DNA of 64,000 nucleotides, taken from an uncultured Acidobacteriota bacterium. GTDB lineage: Bacteria; Acidobacteriota; Blastocatellia; RBC074. Position 1 is the first letter of the stretch, and each line of letters opens with the position of its first letter. This document shows positions 10,149 through 20,422 of the stretch, one piece after another. The DNA is taken from positions 928,001 through 992,000 of the forward strand of contig CAWCKY010000006.1 in the NCBI GenBank assembly GCA_963796275.1, written 5' to 3'. Under the pieces are notes generated by a model. The model did not search any database. It worked only from the letters and a program-made list of their open reading frames with translations, and was not told the origin of the DNA. A program made the position numbers and the translations under genes.

Positions 10149-10634
10149 TCACTCAACTTTCGTAAAGACTCGCTTGGATTCGTACGACATTTTCTGGTCG
10201 TCGATAAAGTAATCCACCGTCAGGCTTTTTCCATCGGTAGCGAGCGTCCATTTGCGTGTTATCTGATTGACGGGTTTACCGTCAACGCTAATTTCATCGA
10301 CAATCAGTATTCCCTGACCGTTTGGAAGCCACGAGGCTTTGCGTTTGCCTTTCGCGTTCGGCGGAGCCGGTGGCGTGAAATCAGCCTCTTTGCCATCGAG
10401 CATGTAGGTCTCGTTAACGTTCTGCTCGCCACCCCTGGTAGTCTTCAGGTGCGCCTCCATCTTAATCTGGTCGCCGTTCTGCATGATGGTCATCGTCTGT
10501 TCCAGACCCGCCGGATTGCTGAAGCTCTTATTCTTGTCGAGCGCCCATTTGCCACCGAAATTCGGTTTGGTTGCGGAGAAGCAGATGACGGAAACTAATA
10601 GCGCAGTGGGAATAATCGCAAGATTGAATCTCAT
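10149..10634 (-). CDS. Secreted hypothetical protein (possible lipocalin-like beta-barrel)
   Basis: ATG at 10634 after GAGGTG; signal peptide; PNFGGKWALD..KS N-terminal motif and VFTK end. Confidence 0.7.
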   Translation of the reverse strand: MRFNLAIIPTALLVSVICFSATKPNFGGKWALDKNKSFSNPAGLEQTMTIMQNGDQIKMEAHLKTTRGGEQNVNETYMLDGKEADFTPPAPPNAKGKRKASWLPNGQGILIVDEISVDGKPVNQITRKWTLATDGKSLTVDYFIDDQKMSYESKRVFTKVE

Positions 10635-10652
10635 ATTCGGCACCTCGTCGGA

Positions 10653-11005
10653 AATAGCTTTTAGTTTTCAGTTTTCAGTTTTCAGAACGGTAATCATTGG
10701 TGACTAAAAACTTAAAACTAAAGTGACTGCACAGTCTCTTCGCCGCGTTAGCGGCGGTTGATTGTAGCCGTGGGTTTTAACCCACGGTGGCCGTAGATTT
10801 TTTCACGTCGCGTCAGCGACGGTTGAATTCAGGCGTCGCTAAAGCGACGCGGGTATATCCTTCAAGCCTTCCGTGGGTTAAAACCCACGGCTACAATCAA
10901 CCGCCGCTAACGCGGCGAAAAGGCTGTGCATCCACTTTAGTTTTTGGTTTTTAGTCACCAATGATTACCGTTCTGAAAACTGAAAACTGAAAACTGAAAA
11001 CTATT
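10653..11005. repeat. ~350-bp nested palindrome: REPIN-like core (10728-10930) inside an inverted pair of (GTTTTCA)n elements
   Basis: The left ~130 bp is the near-perfect reverse complement of the right ~130 bp. Internal hairpins: ccgcgttagcgg, ccgtgggttttaacccacgg, gtcgcgtcagcgac. Confidence 0.92.
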
Positions 11006-11009
11006 CTTC

Positions 11010-12371
11010 TCACTTCGATCCAATGCAGTAAAGATTCTTTTCGCCGCGCATGAATATCATCCCGTTGGATATAGCGGGCGAAGCGTAGACCGGCTCGCCG
11101 ACCGAATTGGTAGCGAGTACTTCGTGCTTCGGACCGGCTTTTATAACGTACGTATCGCCGTCTTCGCTCGTGAGCAATATTTTGCCGTCAAATGCTACCG
11201 GAGAAGCCGTAAAGGTGGCGGGTACCGGTATGCGGCCGCCTTCATAAACTATCTTGCCGGTCTTGGCGTCGAGACAGGTCAAGATGCCACGGTCCGTCAT
11301 AAGGTATATGTAGTCGCCGTACAAGATCGATGAAGGTACGTACGCGGTCCCTTTTTCGTACTGCCAGACGACGTTTGAGCTATTCGAAATGTCGCCCGTG
11401 CCGCCCAGCTTGATAGCCATCGCCTTCTTCGCAGGAAACCCCGCATAGACGAAGACCATGCCGTGACCGGCGAGAGGTGTCGGAATAGCATTACTGCCGT
11501 GTCCCTTCGCCTGCCACAATTCCTTTCCGGTTTTGGGATCGTACGAGATAACCAATTCATTGCCGCTCGTGATCAGCTCTACACGCTGAGAAGCCTTGAC
11601 TATCAGCGGCGTCGACCAGCTCGCCTGAACTTTGCGCGTGACTTTCCATACTTCTTTACCGTTCTTCTTATTCAGCGCAACTATGAATGACTTCTTTCCC
11701 TCATCCTCATCGCACTGCAGTATAACCAGGTTCTCGAAAATCAAAGGCGATGATCCCGGCCCCATTCCGACATTGGCGATCTTGCCGATCGGCGTCTTCC
11801 ATATCAACTTGCCGGTAAAATCGTAACAATACAATCCGTCGCCCTCGCCGCCGAACCAGGCATAAACGTAGGCGCCATCGGTCGCCGGCGTCGGGGCGGC
11901 ATAACTGCCTTTGCGATGGCGGTTATCGTAGACGGTCCCTTCATATGCCGTTTGGTCCCAAAGTACTTTGCCGGTTGCTCGATCGATGCAGAGCAGCTTG
12001 AATATGTGCTTACGATTTGCCCCGACGCTGTCGGGATGGACGAATACTTGTCCTCCGAGGTTGTGCTCGACGGCCTTGGCGCCGGCGGCAATTTCGCCTT
12101 CAACGTCGGTTGTGAGAAAAACTTTGTTCCCCCAGACAATCGGTGAAGAGTGGCCTTGACCCGGTATCGCCGTTCTCCATTTGATGTTCTTGCCGGCCTC
12201 CCATTCGATCGGGACATCAGTTTCGTTGGAAAGCCCAGTCCCTTCAGGGCCGCGCCATTGAGACCAGTTGGAGGTGTTGAGTGTGAAGCCTGAAGTCGTG
12301 AGTGTGAGCAGAGATATGGCCAGCAGGCAGACTGATAATAAGACCAGCCTCAATGCTGATATTCGCTTCAT
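11010..12371 (-). CDS. Exported PQQ-binding-like beta-propeller protein
   Basis: Signal peptide; WSQWRGP, GHSSPIVWG, AAPTPATDG, repeated D..TGK..W blades. Confidence 0.85.
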   Translation of the reverse strand: MKRISALRLVLLSVCLLAISLLTLTTSGFTLNTSNWSQWRGPEGTGLSNETDVPIEWEAGKNIKWRTAIPGQGHSSPIVWGNKVFLTTDVEGEIAAGAKAVEHNLGGQVFVHPDSVGANRKHIFKLLCIDRATGKVLWDQTAYEGTVYDNRHRKGSYAAPTPATDGAYVYAWFGGEGDGLYCYDFTGKLIWKTPIGKIANVGMGPGSSPLIFENLVILQCDEDEGKKSFIVALNKKNGKEVWKVTRKVQASWSTPLIVKASQRVELITSGNELVISYDPKTGKELWQAKGHGSNAIPTPLAGHGMVFVYAGFPAKKAMAIKLGGTGDISNSSNVVWQYEKGTAYVPSSILYGDYIYLMTDRGILTCLDAKTGKIVYEGGRIPVPATFTASPVAFDGKILLTSEDGDTYVIKAGPKHEVLATNSVGEPVYASPAISNGMIFMRGEKNLYCIGSK

Positions 12372-12566
12372 AATTAGGGTACTCCTGTTTTGATAATTCG
12401 CAGGATTAGATCACGGTCAGGTGATTTCTCGATTATTCCATCTAAAAGCACAAACAAAAAGAGCAAAAGAGGGAGAACAAAAAATTACCTTCTCAAATTT
12501 CGCGTCTAATATCTCGTCTTTACGGTATGAAACCTGAATGTGCCCTGAATATTTGATCGGCTTTCG

Positions 12567-13973
12567 CTATTTCTTCGAATTCTGCGCAGATTGTTCTGAA
12601 ATTCCGAACAGGTGATTTTGTCCGCGCACAATTATCATTCCACCTGAAATGGCGGGCGTGGCCATCAACACCTCACCCATCGGATTGGTTGAAAGCAGTT
12701 CGTATGTTGCACCGGCTTTGACGACAAAAATATCGCCGTCTTCACTCGCGAAGTAAATCTTGCCGCCTGAGGCGACCGGCGATGCGCTGTATGCCCCGCC
12801 TTTGCCGCCGATGCGTTCCTGATAGATTCGTTCGCCGGACTTAGCATTATATACAGTCATCACCCCACTATTTGAGCAGACGTAAAGATAGTCGCTATAA
12901 ATGACCGGCGTCGGCATATAGCTGCCTCCCCGCTGTACGCTCCAGGCTACCGATTCATTGGAGGTCTTTCCATCCTTTAGCGATATGTCGCCTGCGGCAG
13001 CGCCCTGCCTGATGGCATAGATGGGTTGATTAGGTCTGTAGCTGTTGCAGATGAAGATCAGGCCATGAGCCGCGACCGGCGTCGTCGCCGTAACTTCAGG
13101 ATTTCCGACGAGCTGCCACAACTCTTTACCGGTCATCGGATCGTAACCGCGTGCCGCTTTCGTGGCATTGGTCACGAGCTCGACCCGCTGTTTGCTTTCA
13201 ACTATTGTCGGTGAGCCCCACGATGGGATCTCTGCGCGGGGAGTGCGCCAAACCTGTTTGCCATCTTTCAGGTTATAAGCGGCGATGAATGAGCCCTTCT
13301 GAATGTCGCATTGCACGATGACCAGATCTTTATAGATGATCGGCGAACTGGCTGCCGCCCATTGATAATCGGGATCGAAGAACCATCCGGCATCGAGCAC
13401 TCCCAGGTCCTGCTTCCATTGCAAATTCCCTTTGAGATCGTAGCAGTAGAGACCTTCCGAGCCGAAGAATGCGACCACGTACCTTCCGTCGGTGGCAGGC
13501 GTAGAGTTGGCGAATGTAGATTTGATGTGGCGTTTGGTCTTCGGAACGCCTTCGATTGCGATGCGCTGCCAGTGGATTTTGCCCGTCTTTCGCTCAAGGC
13601 AATAGATTCTCCAGGAGTGCTTCGACATATCATCAGCGGTATCCACGTCGCCGTACAGGCCGTGGCGAAAATATGATTTGGGGTCGCTGCTGACTGCGGT
13701 GGTTATGAAAACTTTCTCCTCCCAGACGGCGGGGCTGGAGTGGGACAATCCCGGTATCCGCACCTTCCAAGCGATGTTGATATTCTTCTCAGCGTCCCAT
13801 TTCACGGGCGCCGGTTTATCGTCGGCGACTCCGGAAGCGTTATGACCCCGGAACGAAGGCCAATTTTGAGCGGAGACCGGCGCCGTGCAAATGGCGACCG
13901 GGAGCACAAGCGCAGTGATTATATGGCGAAGCAGATTTCTTTGGTGTATTAGCATACCTAGTATCTTCATCAT
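12567..13973 (-). CDS. Exported PQQ-binding-like beta-propeller protein
   Basis: Signal peptide; WPSFRG, SHSSPAVW, ANSTPATDG, SYMPTPV, ASPVASGGKIY. Confidence 0.85.
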   Translation of the reverse strand: MMKILGMLIHQRNLLRHIITALVLPVAICTAPVSAQNWPSFRGHNASGVADDKPAPVKWDAEKNINIAWKVRIPGLSHSSPAVWEEKVFITTAVSSDPKSYFRHGLYGDVDTADDMSKHSWRIYCLERKTGKIHWQRIAIEGVPKTKRHIKSTFANSTPATDGRYVVAFFGSEGLYCYDLKGNLQWKQDLGVLDAGWFFDPDYQWAAASSPIIYKDLVIVQCDIQKGSFIAAYNLKDGKQVWRTPRAEIPSWGSPTIVESKQRVELVTNATKAARGYDPMTGKELWQLVGNPEVTATTPVAAHGLIFICNSYRPNQPIYAIRQGAAAGDISLKDGKTSNESVAWSVQRGGSYMPTPVIYSDYLYVCSNSGVMTVYNAKSGERIYQERIGGKGGAYSASPVASGGKIYFASEDGDIFVVKAGATYELLSTNPMGEVLMATPAISGGMIIVRGQNHLFGISEQSAQNSKK

Positions 13974-14016
13974 TCTTCAGTCAAAATTCTGTCAAGGTTG
14001 TAATTCGCGTACAATC

Positions 14017-14823
14017 TTATTTTGCTACCACTTTTTTCGTTTCAGTCAGTCCGTTTGGTCCTTTAATCGTTAATCCGACGACCTTGTCGGCTTCAAGTTT
14101 GAACACACAGGTGAAACTCGCGGCACCGTAAATCTCAAAGGTGTGCTTCTCCGATGGAACTAAAGTCAGCTCCTGCCCCACGGGCCCGCCGACCAGCTTC
14201 CCCTCTTTGATTTTGAAGGTGAATTCGACATTATCGTTTTGGTAGACGCCTTCGTATATTTTCAACGTCTCGGCGTCGATCTTATATTCGACTTTCGGTT
14301 TTGGCTTTGCGCCTGCATTTTTGAGCAGATCCGCAATTTCTTGATGTCCGTTTTTTTCGGCGGCCGTCAGATATGCTGTCAGATTCTCGGGAGTGAAGCC
14401 GCTCAATTCCAGGACGCTTTTGACCACGCTCTTCTTCCCCTGATTGACGGCGGAAGACATCACCAGTTCTTTGCTGCGAGCGCCTTTTTCGAGCAGAAGT
14501 TTGACGATCGGGCCATGATCTTTCATGACAGCCCAGGAGACCGGCGGCGAGTTATAAAATTTATCCATGATATTTATCTCGGCTCCGGCATCGAGGAGTA
14601 ATTGCACGACCTCGACATTGCCGCGGTCACAGGCGAAAAATAACGGCGTCGCGCCGTATTCTGTTTTCGTATTAACATCTGCGCCCTTCGCGAGAAGCGT
14701 CTTGACGGCTTCGACATTGCTTTTACGAGCAGCCAATATCAACTCTTCGTTGATGGTCTGCGCGTGGATGCCGAGCGGAGCCAGCTGAACTAAAAGCAAA
14801 ATGAGGATGCGTCGTATCTGCAT
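14017..14823 (-). CDS. Exported ankyrin-repeat protein with a C-terminal beta domain (DUF3471-like)
   Basis: Signal peptide; LLAKGADVN..GATPLFFAC.RGNVEVVQLLLDAGA repeats; C-terminal L..YEGVY domain. Confidence 0.85.
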   Translation of the reverse strand: MQIRRILILLLVQLAPLGIHAQTINEELILAARKSNVEAVKTLLAKGADVNTKTEYGATPLFFACDRGNVEVVQLLLDAGAEINIMDKFYNSPPVSWAVMKDHGPIVKLLLEKGARSKELVMSSAVNQGKKSVVKSVLELSGFTPENLTAYLTAAEKNGHQEIADLLKNAGAKPKPKVEYKIDAETLKIYEGVYQNDNVEFTFKIKEGKLVGGPVGQELTLVPSEKHTFEIYGAASFTCVFKLEADKVVGLTIKGPNGLTETKKVVAK

Positions 14824-15252
14824 TTCTTTACCCCACCTGAAAATTTTTCATGTTTCGAAATTGAACATGAAACCAGTATTTATCCAGATTTGTATTCCGG
14901 GTTCCAATTTAGCAAATTTCAGGAATCTAATCGGCTAGCTGCAAAAACGATATAAAATACAGGAAAGTTTCGGGAAACGCGCCCCTTGAACTGTCATCCA
15001 CATCAAACTATAGTTTTACTTTCTTCATATCGGTTTAGGAGTCAACATAACGATCTCGCAGAACTATAAGTAGATGGACGGGACTTTCAGGATTTGTCAG
15101 AGTTTCGGGACTCGGTGTAATCTTGAAAAATCCTGCTAGTTATGTCTATTTTCACAAGAGAAAAACGCGCAACCCGAAAACGCGCAACTGAGTATATAGA
15201 ATTAGTGCTTATGAATGAAAGAATTTTATCGACTCGCGTTGGGAATCAGACT

Positions 15253-17541
15253 ATGAAAGTATCAATCAAAAATGTATTCCTCTTATCCCTAACCCTGAGT
15301 ATGGTTTTTTTCGCGGCTCCGACCGGAATGGCACAATCGCCCGCGCGCGCTAAAAGCGGCAGCGATTGGGCCGATTCGCGCGGTCCGGCGCGCGACGGCA
15401 TCTCGCTCGAAAAAAATCTGCCCGAGAAGTGGTCACGCCAGGGCGAGAACCTATTGTGGAAGGCTCCATACGGCGGGCGCTCCGCACCCATCGTCATGAA
15501 CGGGCGGGTATTCATGTTCAATTCCGCCGGAACCGGCGAAACGATGCAGGAGCGCGTCCTCTGTTTCGATGCCGAGACGGGCAAGAAGCTCTGGGAATAT
15601 CGCTTCAACGTCTATTCGACCGACGTGCCCCCGCGCCGCATCGCCTGGTCTTCACCCGTGGGCGATCCCACGACGGGCAACGTATACGCGTTCGGCGCGA
15701 CTGCCGAACTGGTGGCGCTCTCGAATGACGGCAAACCGCTCTGGTCGCGCTCGTTGACCGATGAATACGGATCCTGGACGACGCACGGCGGGAGAACCGT
15801 ATCACCGATCATCGAAGGAGATCTGGTCATCGTCAGTACGGTGACCGACGGCTTCAGCGACATCGCGTCGCGGCGACACAGATACTATGCCTTCGATAAA
15901 CGCACCGGCGAATGCGCCTGGATCAGCACGCCGGGCGGTCGGCCCTTCGACACGACCTATTCGACACCGGTCGTTGCCACTACCGGTGGCACACGACTGC
16001 TGATCGCCGGCGGCGGCGACGGTTCGGCCTCGGCGATGAAGGTCAGCACCGGCGAACCGATCTGGAACTTTCCGATGTCGAAACGCGGCATCAATCCCGG
16101 GGTCGTAGTGAAAGACGGCATCGCCTACATCACGCATCAGGAAGAGAACCTGGACACGAGTGAGATGGGACAGCTGGCGGCGATCGATATAACGGCGAAA
16201 GGCCCGATCAACAAAACATCGAACAAAGACAAAATCAAATATGCATTAACGAATTACCAGCTCGGCCCGTCATCCCCCGTCATAGTGGGCAATACGCTTT
16301 ACGCCGTGACGGCGGAATCCAGTCTCCATGCTTTCAATACCGCCGACGGGAAACTTATTTGGGAGCACAAACTGGGCACGATTCAGAAGGCCTCGCCGGT
16401 TTACGCTGACGGCAAAATCTACGTCGGGACTGAAAACGGTAAGTTTTACATACTGAAGCCGGGTCCGACCGGCTGTCAGGTTCTGGATGAAGAAGAACTG
16501 GAGTCAGTGGATAAGGTCGATCTCAAGACGGCTGAAGGCGATGAGATGATCGCATCGAATGAGCAGATCATCGCCGCGGTGGCCGTTTCGCGCGGCCGCA
16601 TCTACCTGGTCTCGACCAAGAATATCTATGCCATCGGCAAGAAGCAGAGTCCGGCCTTGCCGCCTGTGCTTGAGCAAGTGGATAAAGCGCCCGCTGGCGC
16701 CGCCGTGGCACACGTCCAGATCTTTCCCGCCGAACTGGTGATGAAGCCCGGCGAGACGAAGAGTTTCAAGATTCGATTGTTCGACGATCATGGCCGATTC
16801 ATCCGCGAAGAATCGAACGCACAATGGTCGCTCGACGGATTGACGGGAGAAGTCGCGGGTAGCAAATTCACGGCCGCGAGCGACAGCGGACCGCGCGGCG
16901 GACAATTGAAAGCTACGGTAGGCGACGTCACCGGCATTTCGAGGATCAGGGTCATTCCCGCCTTCCCGTTCTCGGAAGATTTCACCAATGTGCCGGTTGA
17001 CAAGGCTCCATCCTATTGGCTCAACACTGACGGCACGCCGATCAAATACAGCGTGCGCGAAATGGATGGCAACAAAGTTCTGGTCAAGAAGCCCGACAAC
17101 GGCATTTTCAAGCGTACACGCTCGCCTCTGAGCGCTGGCAGCGTGTCGGACTACACGATTGAAGCCGATGTGCGCGCCGTCGAGAAGCGCCGCCAGATGG
17201 GTGACGCGGGCGTCGTCGCTCAACGTTACGAATTGGTCCTTTTCGGCAATATACAGAAGATCGAATTGCGCTCGTGGCAGATCGAAGAGGCGCGCACATT
17301 CAGCAAACCGTTCGCGTGGAAAGCCGATACCTGGTACCGGTTGAAGCTTCAGGTCGAGAGTCTGCCAGGCGGCAAGACCCGGGCCCGGGGCAAGGCCTGG
17401 CCGGTGAGCGAAACCGAGCCGTCCGATTGGCTGATAGAATGGACCGATCCGATCGGGAATCGTGTCGGAAGCGCAGGTGTCTTCGCTGACAGCGCAAATG
17501 AACTCTATATTGATAACATCAAGGTGACGCCTAATAAATAA
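15253..17541 (+). CDS. Large exported PQQ-like beta-propeller protein with C-terminal beta-sandwich domain(s)
   Basis: Start chosen at MKVSIK (signal peptide follows); WADSRGP, SSPVGDP, YSTPVV, ASPVYADGKIY; the C-terminal YTIEADV...WYRLKLQV...IDNIKV resembles a LamG/DUF1080-type sandwich. Confidence 0.82.
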   Translation: MKVSIKNVFLLSLTLSMVFFAAPTGMAQSPARAKSGSDWADSRGPARDGISLEKNLPEKWSRQGENLLWKAPYGGRSAPIVMNGRVFMFNSAGTGETMQERVLCFDAETGKKLWEYRFNVYSTDVPPRRIAWSSPVGDPTTGNVYAFGATAELVALSNDGKPLWSRSLTDEYGSWTTHGGRTVSPIIEGDLVIVSTVTDGFSDIASRRHRYYAFDKRTGECAWISTPGGRPFDTTYSTPVVATTGGTRLLIAGGGDGSASAMKVSTGEPIWNFPMSKRGINPGVVVKDGIAYITHQEENLDTSEMGQLAAIDITAKGPINKTSNKDKIKYALTNYQLGPSSPVIVGNTLYAVTAESSLHAFNTADGKLIWEHKLGTIQKASPVYADGKIYVGTENGKFYILKPGPTGCQVLDEEELESVDKVDLKTAEGDEMIASNEQIIAAVAVSRGRIYLVSTKNIYAIGKKQSPALPPVLEQVDKAPAGAAVAHVQIFPAELVMKPGETKSFKIRLFDDHGRFIREESNAQWSLDGLTGEVAGSKFTAASDSGPRGGQLKATVGDVTGISRIRVIPAFPFSEDFTNVPVDKAPSYWLNTDGTPIKYSVREMDGNKVLVKKPDNGIFKRTRSPLSAGSVSDYTIEADVRAVEKRRQMGDAGVVAQRYELVLFGNIQKIELRSWQIEEARTFSKPFAWKADTWYRLKLQVESLPGGKTRARGKAWPVSETEPSDWLIEWTDPIGNRVGSAGVFADSANELYIDNIKVTPNK

Positions 17542-17551
17542 TCCTGAATTC

Positions 17552-17615
17552 ATAGTTATCATTTATCAGTTTTCGATTGAGACGTCTTACTGAAAACTGA
17601 AAATTGAAAACTGTT
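17552..17615. repeat. Heptamer-armed element (TGAAAAC)n
   Basis: cagttttc ... tgaaaac tgaaaat tgaaaac tg. Confidence 0.7.
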
Positions 17616-17630
17616 TTCTGAGGGAGTCAA

Positions 17631-19112
17631 ATGATCAAGTTAAAACACGCAATTTTATTGTTACTCGGAACCATCCTACTGACCGTCTATTTCTGCGTGC
17701 CGTCGAGTAAATTCGCCGCTGCCGATACCAGCAGCAGTGATTGGCCGATGTGGGGCGGGACGCCGGACCGCAACATGGTTTCACAAATTAAGGGGCTTCC
17801 GGCGACCTGGGATGTTGCAAAAAAGACCAACATCAAATGGGTGGCGTCGCTCGGCTCCCAAAGCTACGGCAACCCGGTCGTCTCCGGCGGCTATGTCTTT
17901 CTCGGGACTAACAATGAAGGGCTGCGCGACCCGAAGCAGGCAGGCGACCGCGGCGTGCTGATGTGCTTCCGTGAATCCGACGGTGAATTTATGTGGCAGA
18001 TCACGCATGAAAAAATGGCATCCGGAAGGGTTAACGATTGGCCTTTTCAGGGAGTAGCTTCATCACCGGCCGTCGAGGGCGATAAAATCTATTATGTCTC
18101 GAACCGCGCCGAACTGGTCTGCGCTGATACCCAGGGGTTCAACGACGACGAGAACGATGGGCCGTTCAAAGAAGAGAAAGTCACCGGCAAAAAAGACGGC
18201 GATATCGTCTGGAAGTTCGATATGGTCGAAGAGGTCGGCTCGCATCCGCACAACCTGGCGAACAGTTCGCCCGTTATATACGGCGATCTGATCTTCGTAA
18301 GCACATCTAACGGTCAGGATGAGAGCCACGTCAATGTCCCCTCGCCAAAGGCTCCCTCGATTGTTGCGGTTAACAAGAAGACCGGCAAGCTCGCCTGGGA
18401 GGCAAACAACGTCGGAGATAAAATATTGCACGGACAGTGGTCATCCGCCGCTGTCGGTAAGATCGGCGATGTCGTTCAGGTAGTCATCGGAGAAGGCGAT
18501 GGGAAGGTGCGCGGATACGAAGCCGCAACCGGCAAATTGCTTTGGGAGTTCGATACCAATCCGAAGGAGTCCACCTGGCCGAAGACCCGCAATGAGATCA
18601 TCGCCACACCGGTCATCTTTGACAATAAGGTCTACCTGGCCAACGGGCAGGACCCCGAGCACGGCGAGGGCGTAGGTCATCTATACTGCATCGATGGGAC
18701 GAAACGCGGTGACATCACGAAAGATGGTCTGGTCTGGCACTTCGATAAGATCCGCCGCTCGATCTCGACCGGTGCGCTGCACGATGGCTTGCTCTATTAT
18801 CCGGACTTCAGCGGCTTCCTACATTGCATCGATGCGAAGACCGGCACGGAGCTGTGGCAGCACGATATGTTTGCCGCGATCTGGGGATCGCCGCTCGTGG
18901 CCGATGGCAAAGTTTATCTCGGCGATGAGGATGGCGATGTCGTCATCATGCAGGCCGGCAGAGAGAAGAAGTTGCTGGCCGAAATAAATATGGGCAGCTC
19001 AGTCTACTCGACCCCGGTCCCGGCGAATGGGACGCTCTTCATTATGAACCGCAACCAGCTCTTTGCGGTGGCGGGTAAGGCGTCACCGGCCGAGAAAGCA
19101 TCAAATAAATAA
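17631..19112 (+). CDS. Exported PQQ-binding-like beta-propeller protein
   Basis: Signal peptide; WPMWGGTPDRN, SYGNPVV, HGQWSS, GQDPEHGEG, WGSPLVADGKVY. Confidence 0.85.
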   Translation: MIKLKHAILLLLGTILLTVYFCVPSSKFAAADTSSSDWPMWGGTPDRNMVSQIKGLPATWDVAKKTNIKWVASLGSQSYGNPVVSGGYVFLGTNNEGLRDPKQAGDRGVLMCFRESDGEFMWQITHEKMASGRVNDWPFQGVASSPAVEGDKIYYVSNRAELVCADTQGFNDDENDGPFKEEKVTGKKDGDIVWKFDMVEEVGSHPHNLANSSPVIYGDLIFVSTSNGQDESHVNVPSPKAPSIVAVNKKTGKLAWEANNVGDKILHGQWSSAAVGKIGDVVQVVIGEGDGKVRGYEAATGKLLWEFDTNPKESTWPKTRNEIIATPVIFDNKVYLANGQDPEHGEGVGHLYCIDGTKRGDITKDGLVWHFDKIRRSISTGALHDGLLYYPDFSGFLHCIDAKTGTELWQHDMFAAIWGSPLVADGKVYLGDEDGDVVIMQAGREKKLLAEINMGSSVYSTPVPANGTLFIMNRNQLFAVAGKASPAEKASNK

Positions 19113-19250
19113 TTGATAGTTGATAGTTAATTGATAATTGATAATGGTGTCGGCTACCGATAACCCAATATTGAATGCTATTTCATCAAACACCCATTAT
19201 CATTTATCAATTAACTCCCGACTCTTAACTATCAACTATCAACTATCAAT
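19110..19250. repeat. Heptamer-armed palindromic element, (TTGATAG/A)n...(CTATCAA)n
   Basis: ttgatag ttgatag ttaa ttgataa ttgataa ... ttatcatttatcaattaa ... ctatcaa ctatcaa ctatcaa. Confidence 0.85.
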
Positions 19251-19285
19251 TTTCTTCGTCTCCACCCGACCGAACCCCGCAATAG

Positions 19286-20422
19286 ATGCAGTTTTTCGAT
19301 TTTTATCCTCGCACACGAGTTACCTTTGGCGCCGGCGTATTCGAGCGTCTGGGCGAATTTGCAGGGGGACTCGGATTTCGTCGTACACTGCTGGTCGCGG
19401 ATACCGGCATGGTCGGCGCCGGTTACGTTGCAGAGGCCGCGAAGCTGCTCGCGCAGGCCGGCATAGAGGTAATAACCTTTCACGAATTCGCCGAAAATCC
19501 CGACAGCGCGATGGTCGAGGCCGGCCGCGCGTTCGCCGCGACCGCGAACATCGATTCGATCATCGGGCTTGGCGGCGGCAGTTCGTTGGATTGCGCCAAA
19601 GGGATCAATTTCGTGCTGACCGGCGGTGGGACGATGCGCGATTATTGGGGGTACGGCAAAGCGTCCCGCCCGATGCTTCCGATGATCGGTATTCCGACAA
19701 CGGCAGGTACCGGCAGCGAAGCGCAATGCTACGCGCTGATCAGCGATGCCCAGACTCACGTGAAGATGGCGTGCGGAGATGCGAAAGCCGCATTCACGAT
19801 CGCCATTCTCGATCCGCGATTGACCGTGACTCAGCCGGCAAGCCTGACGGCGACCGCGGGGTACGATGCCATTTCGCACGCGGTCGAATCATATGTGACG
19901 ACTAAACGTAGCCCGGTCTCAGCGATGTACGCGCAGGAAGCGTGGCGGCTTCTCGAAGCGAATTACGAGCGCGTCCTGGCCGATCCTGAAGATATCGAAG
20001 CTCGTGGAGCAATGCAGATCGGAGCTTATTATGCGGGAGTCGCCATTGAAAATTCGATGCTCGGCGCGACGCACGCATGCGCAAATCCATTGACCAAAAA
20101 TTACGGCACTTCGCACGGAGTGGCGATCGCCGTTATGCTGCCACACGTCGTGAGATGGAACTCGACCGACGTCGCCGATGATTACCGGCTATTGATGCGA
20201 ATCTCTTCGCGTAACGGCCGCGATCACGGAGAGGACCTCGCTCGTCGATTGGACGAGCTTCGCAGGGCCGGCGGGTTGCCGGAGAGTCTGAGCGCGATCG
20301 GTGTGCGGGGAGAGGAAATACCGATGCTGGCGGAGGAGGCGGCAGAACAATGGACGGGCAAGTTCAACCCGCGAAACTGGAACGTTGAAGCAGCGAAGGA
20401 GGTTTATAAATTAGCGATATGA
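19286..20422 (+). CDS. Iron-containing (group III) alcohol dehydrogenase
   Basis: GLGGGSSLD, IPTTAGTGSE, DAISHAVES, GATHA and HG metal ligands; no signal peptide. Confidence 0.92.
   Translation: MQFFDFYPRTRVTFGAGVFERLGEFAGGLGFRRTLLVADTGMVGAGYVAEAAKLLAQAGIEVITFHEFAENPDSAMVEAGRAFAATANIDSIIGLGGGSSLDCAKGINFVLTGGGTMRDYWGYGKASRPMLPMIGIPTTAGTGSEAQCYALISDAQTHVKMACGDAKAAFTIAILDPRLTVTQPASLTATAGYDAISHAVESYVTTKRSPVSAMYAQEAWRLLEANYERVLADPEDIEARGAMQIGAYYAGVAIENSMLGATHACANPLTKNYGTSHGVAIAVMLPHVVRWNSTDVADDYRLLMRISSRNGRDHGEDLARRLDELRRAGGLPESLSAIGVRGEEIPMLAEEAAEQWTGKFNPRNWNVEAAKEVYKLAI

Noticed and set aside
15142-15252. Upstream start extensions in the ORF track (also 29518, 31090, 41354, 54026, 63738)
   Set aside because: The extensions run through promoter or repeat DNA or a neighbouring gene; downstream starts fit better with RBS, signal-peptide position or gene overlap.
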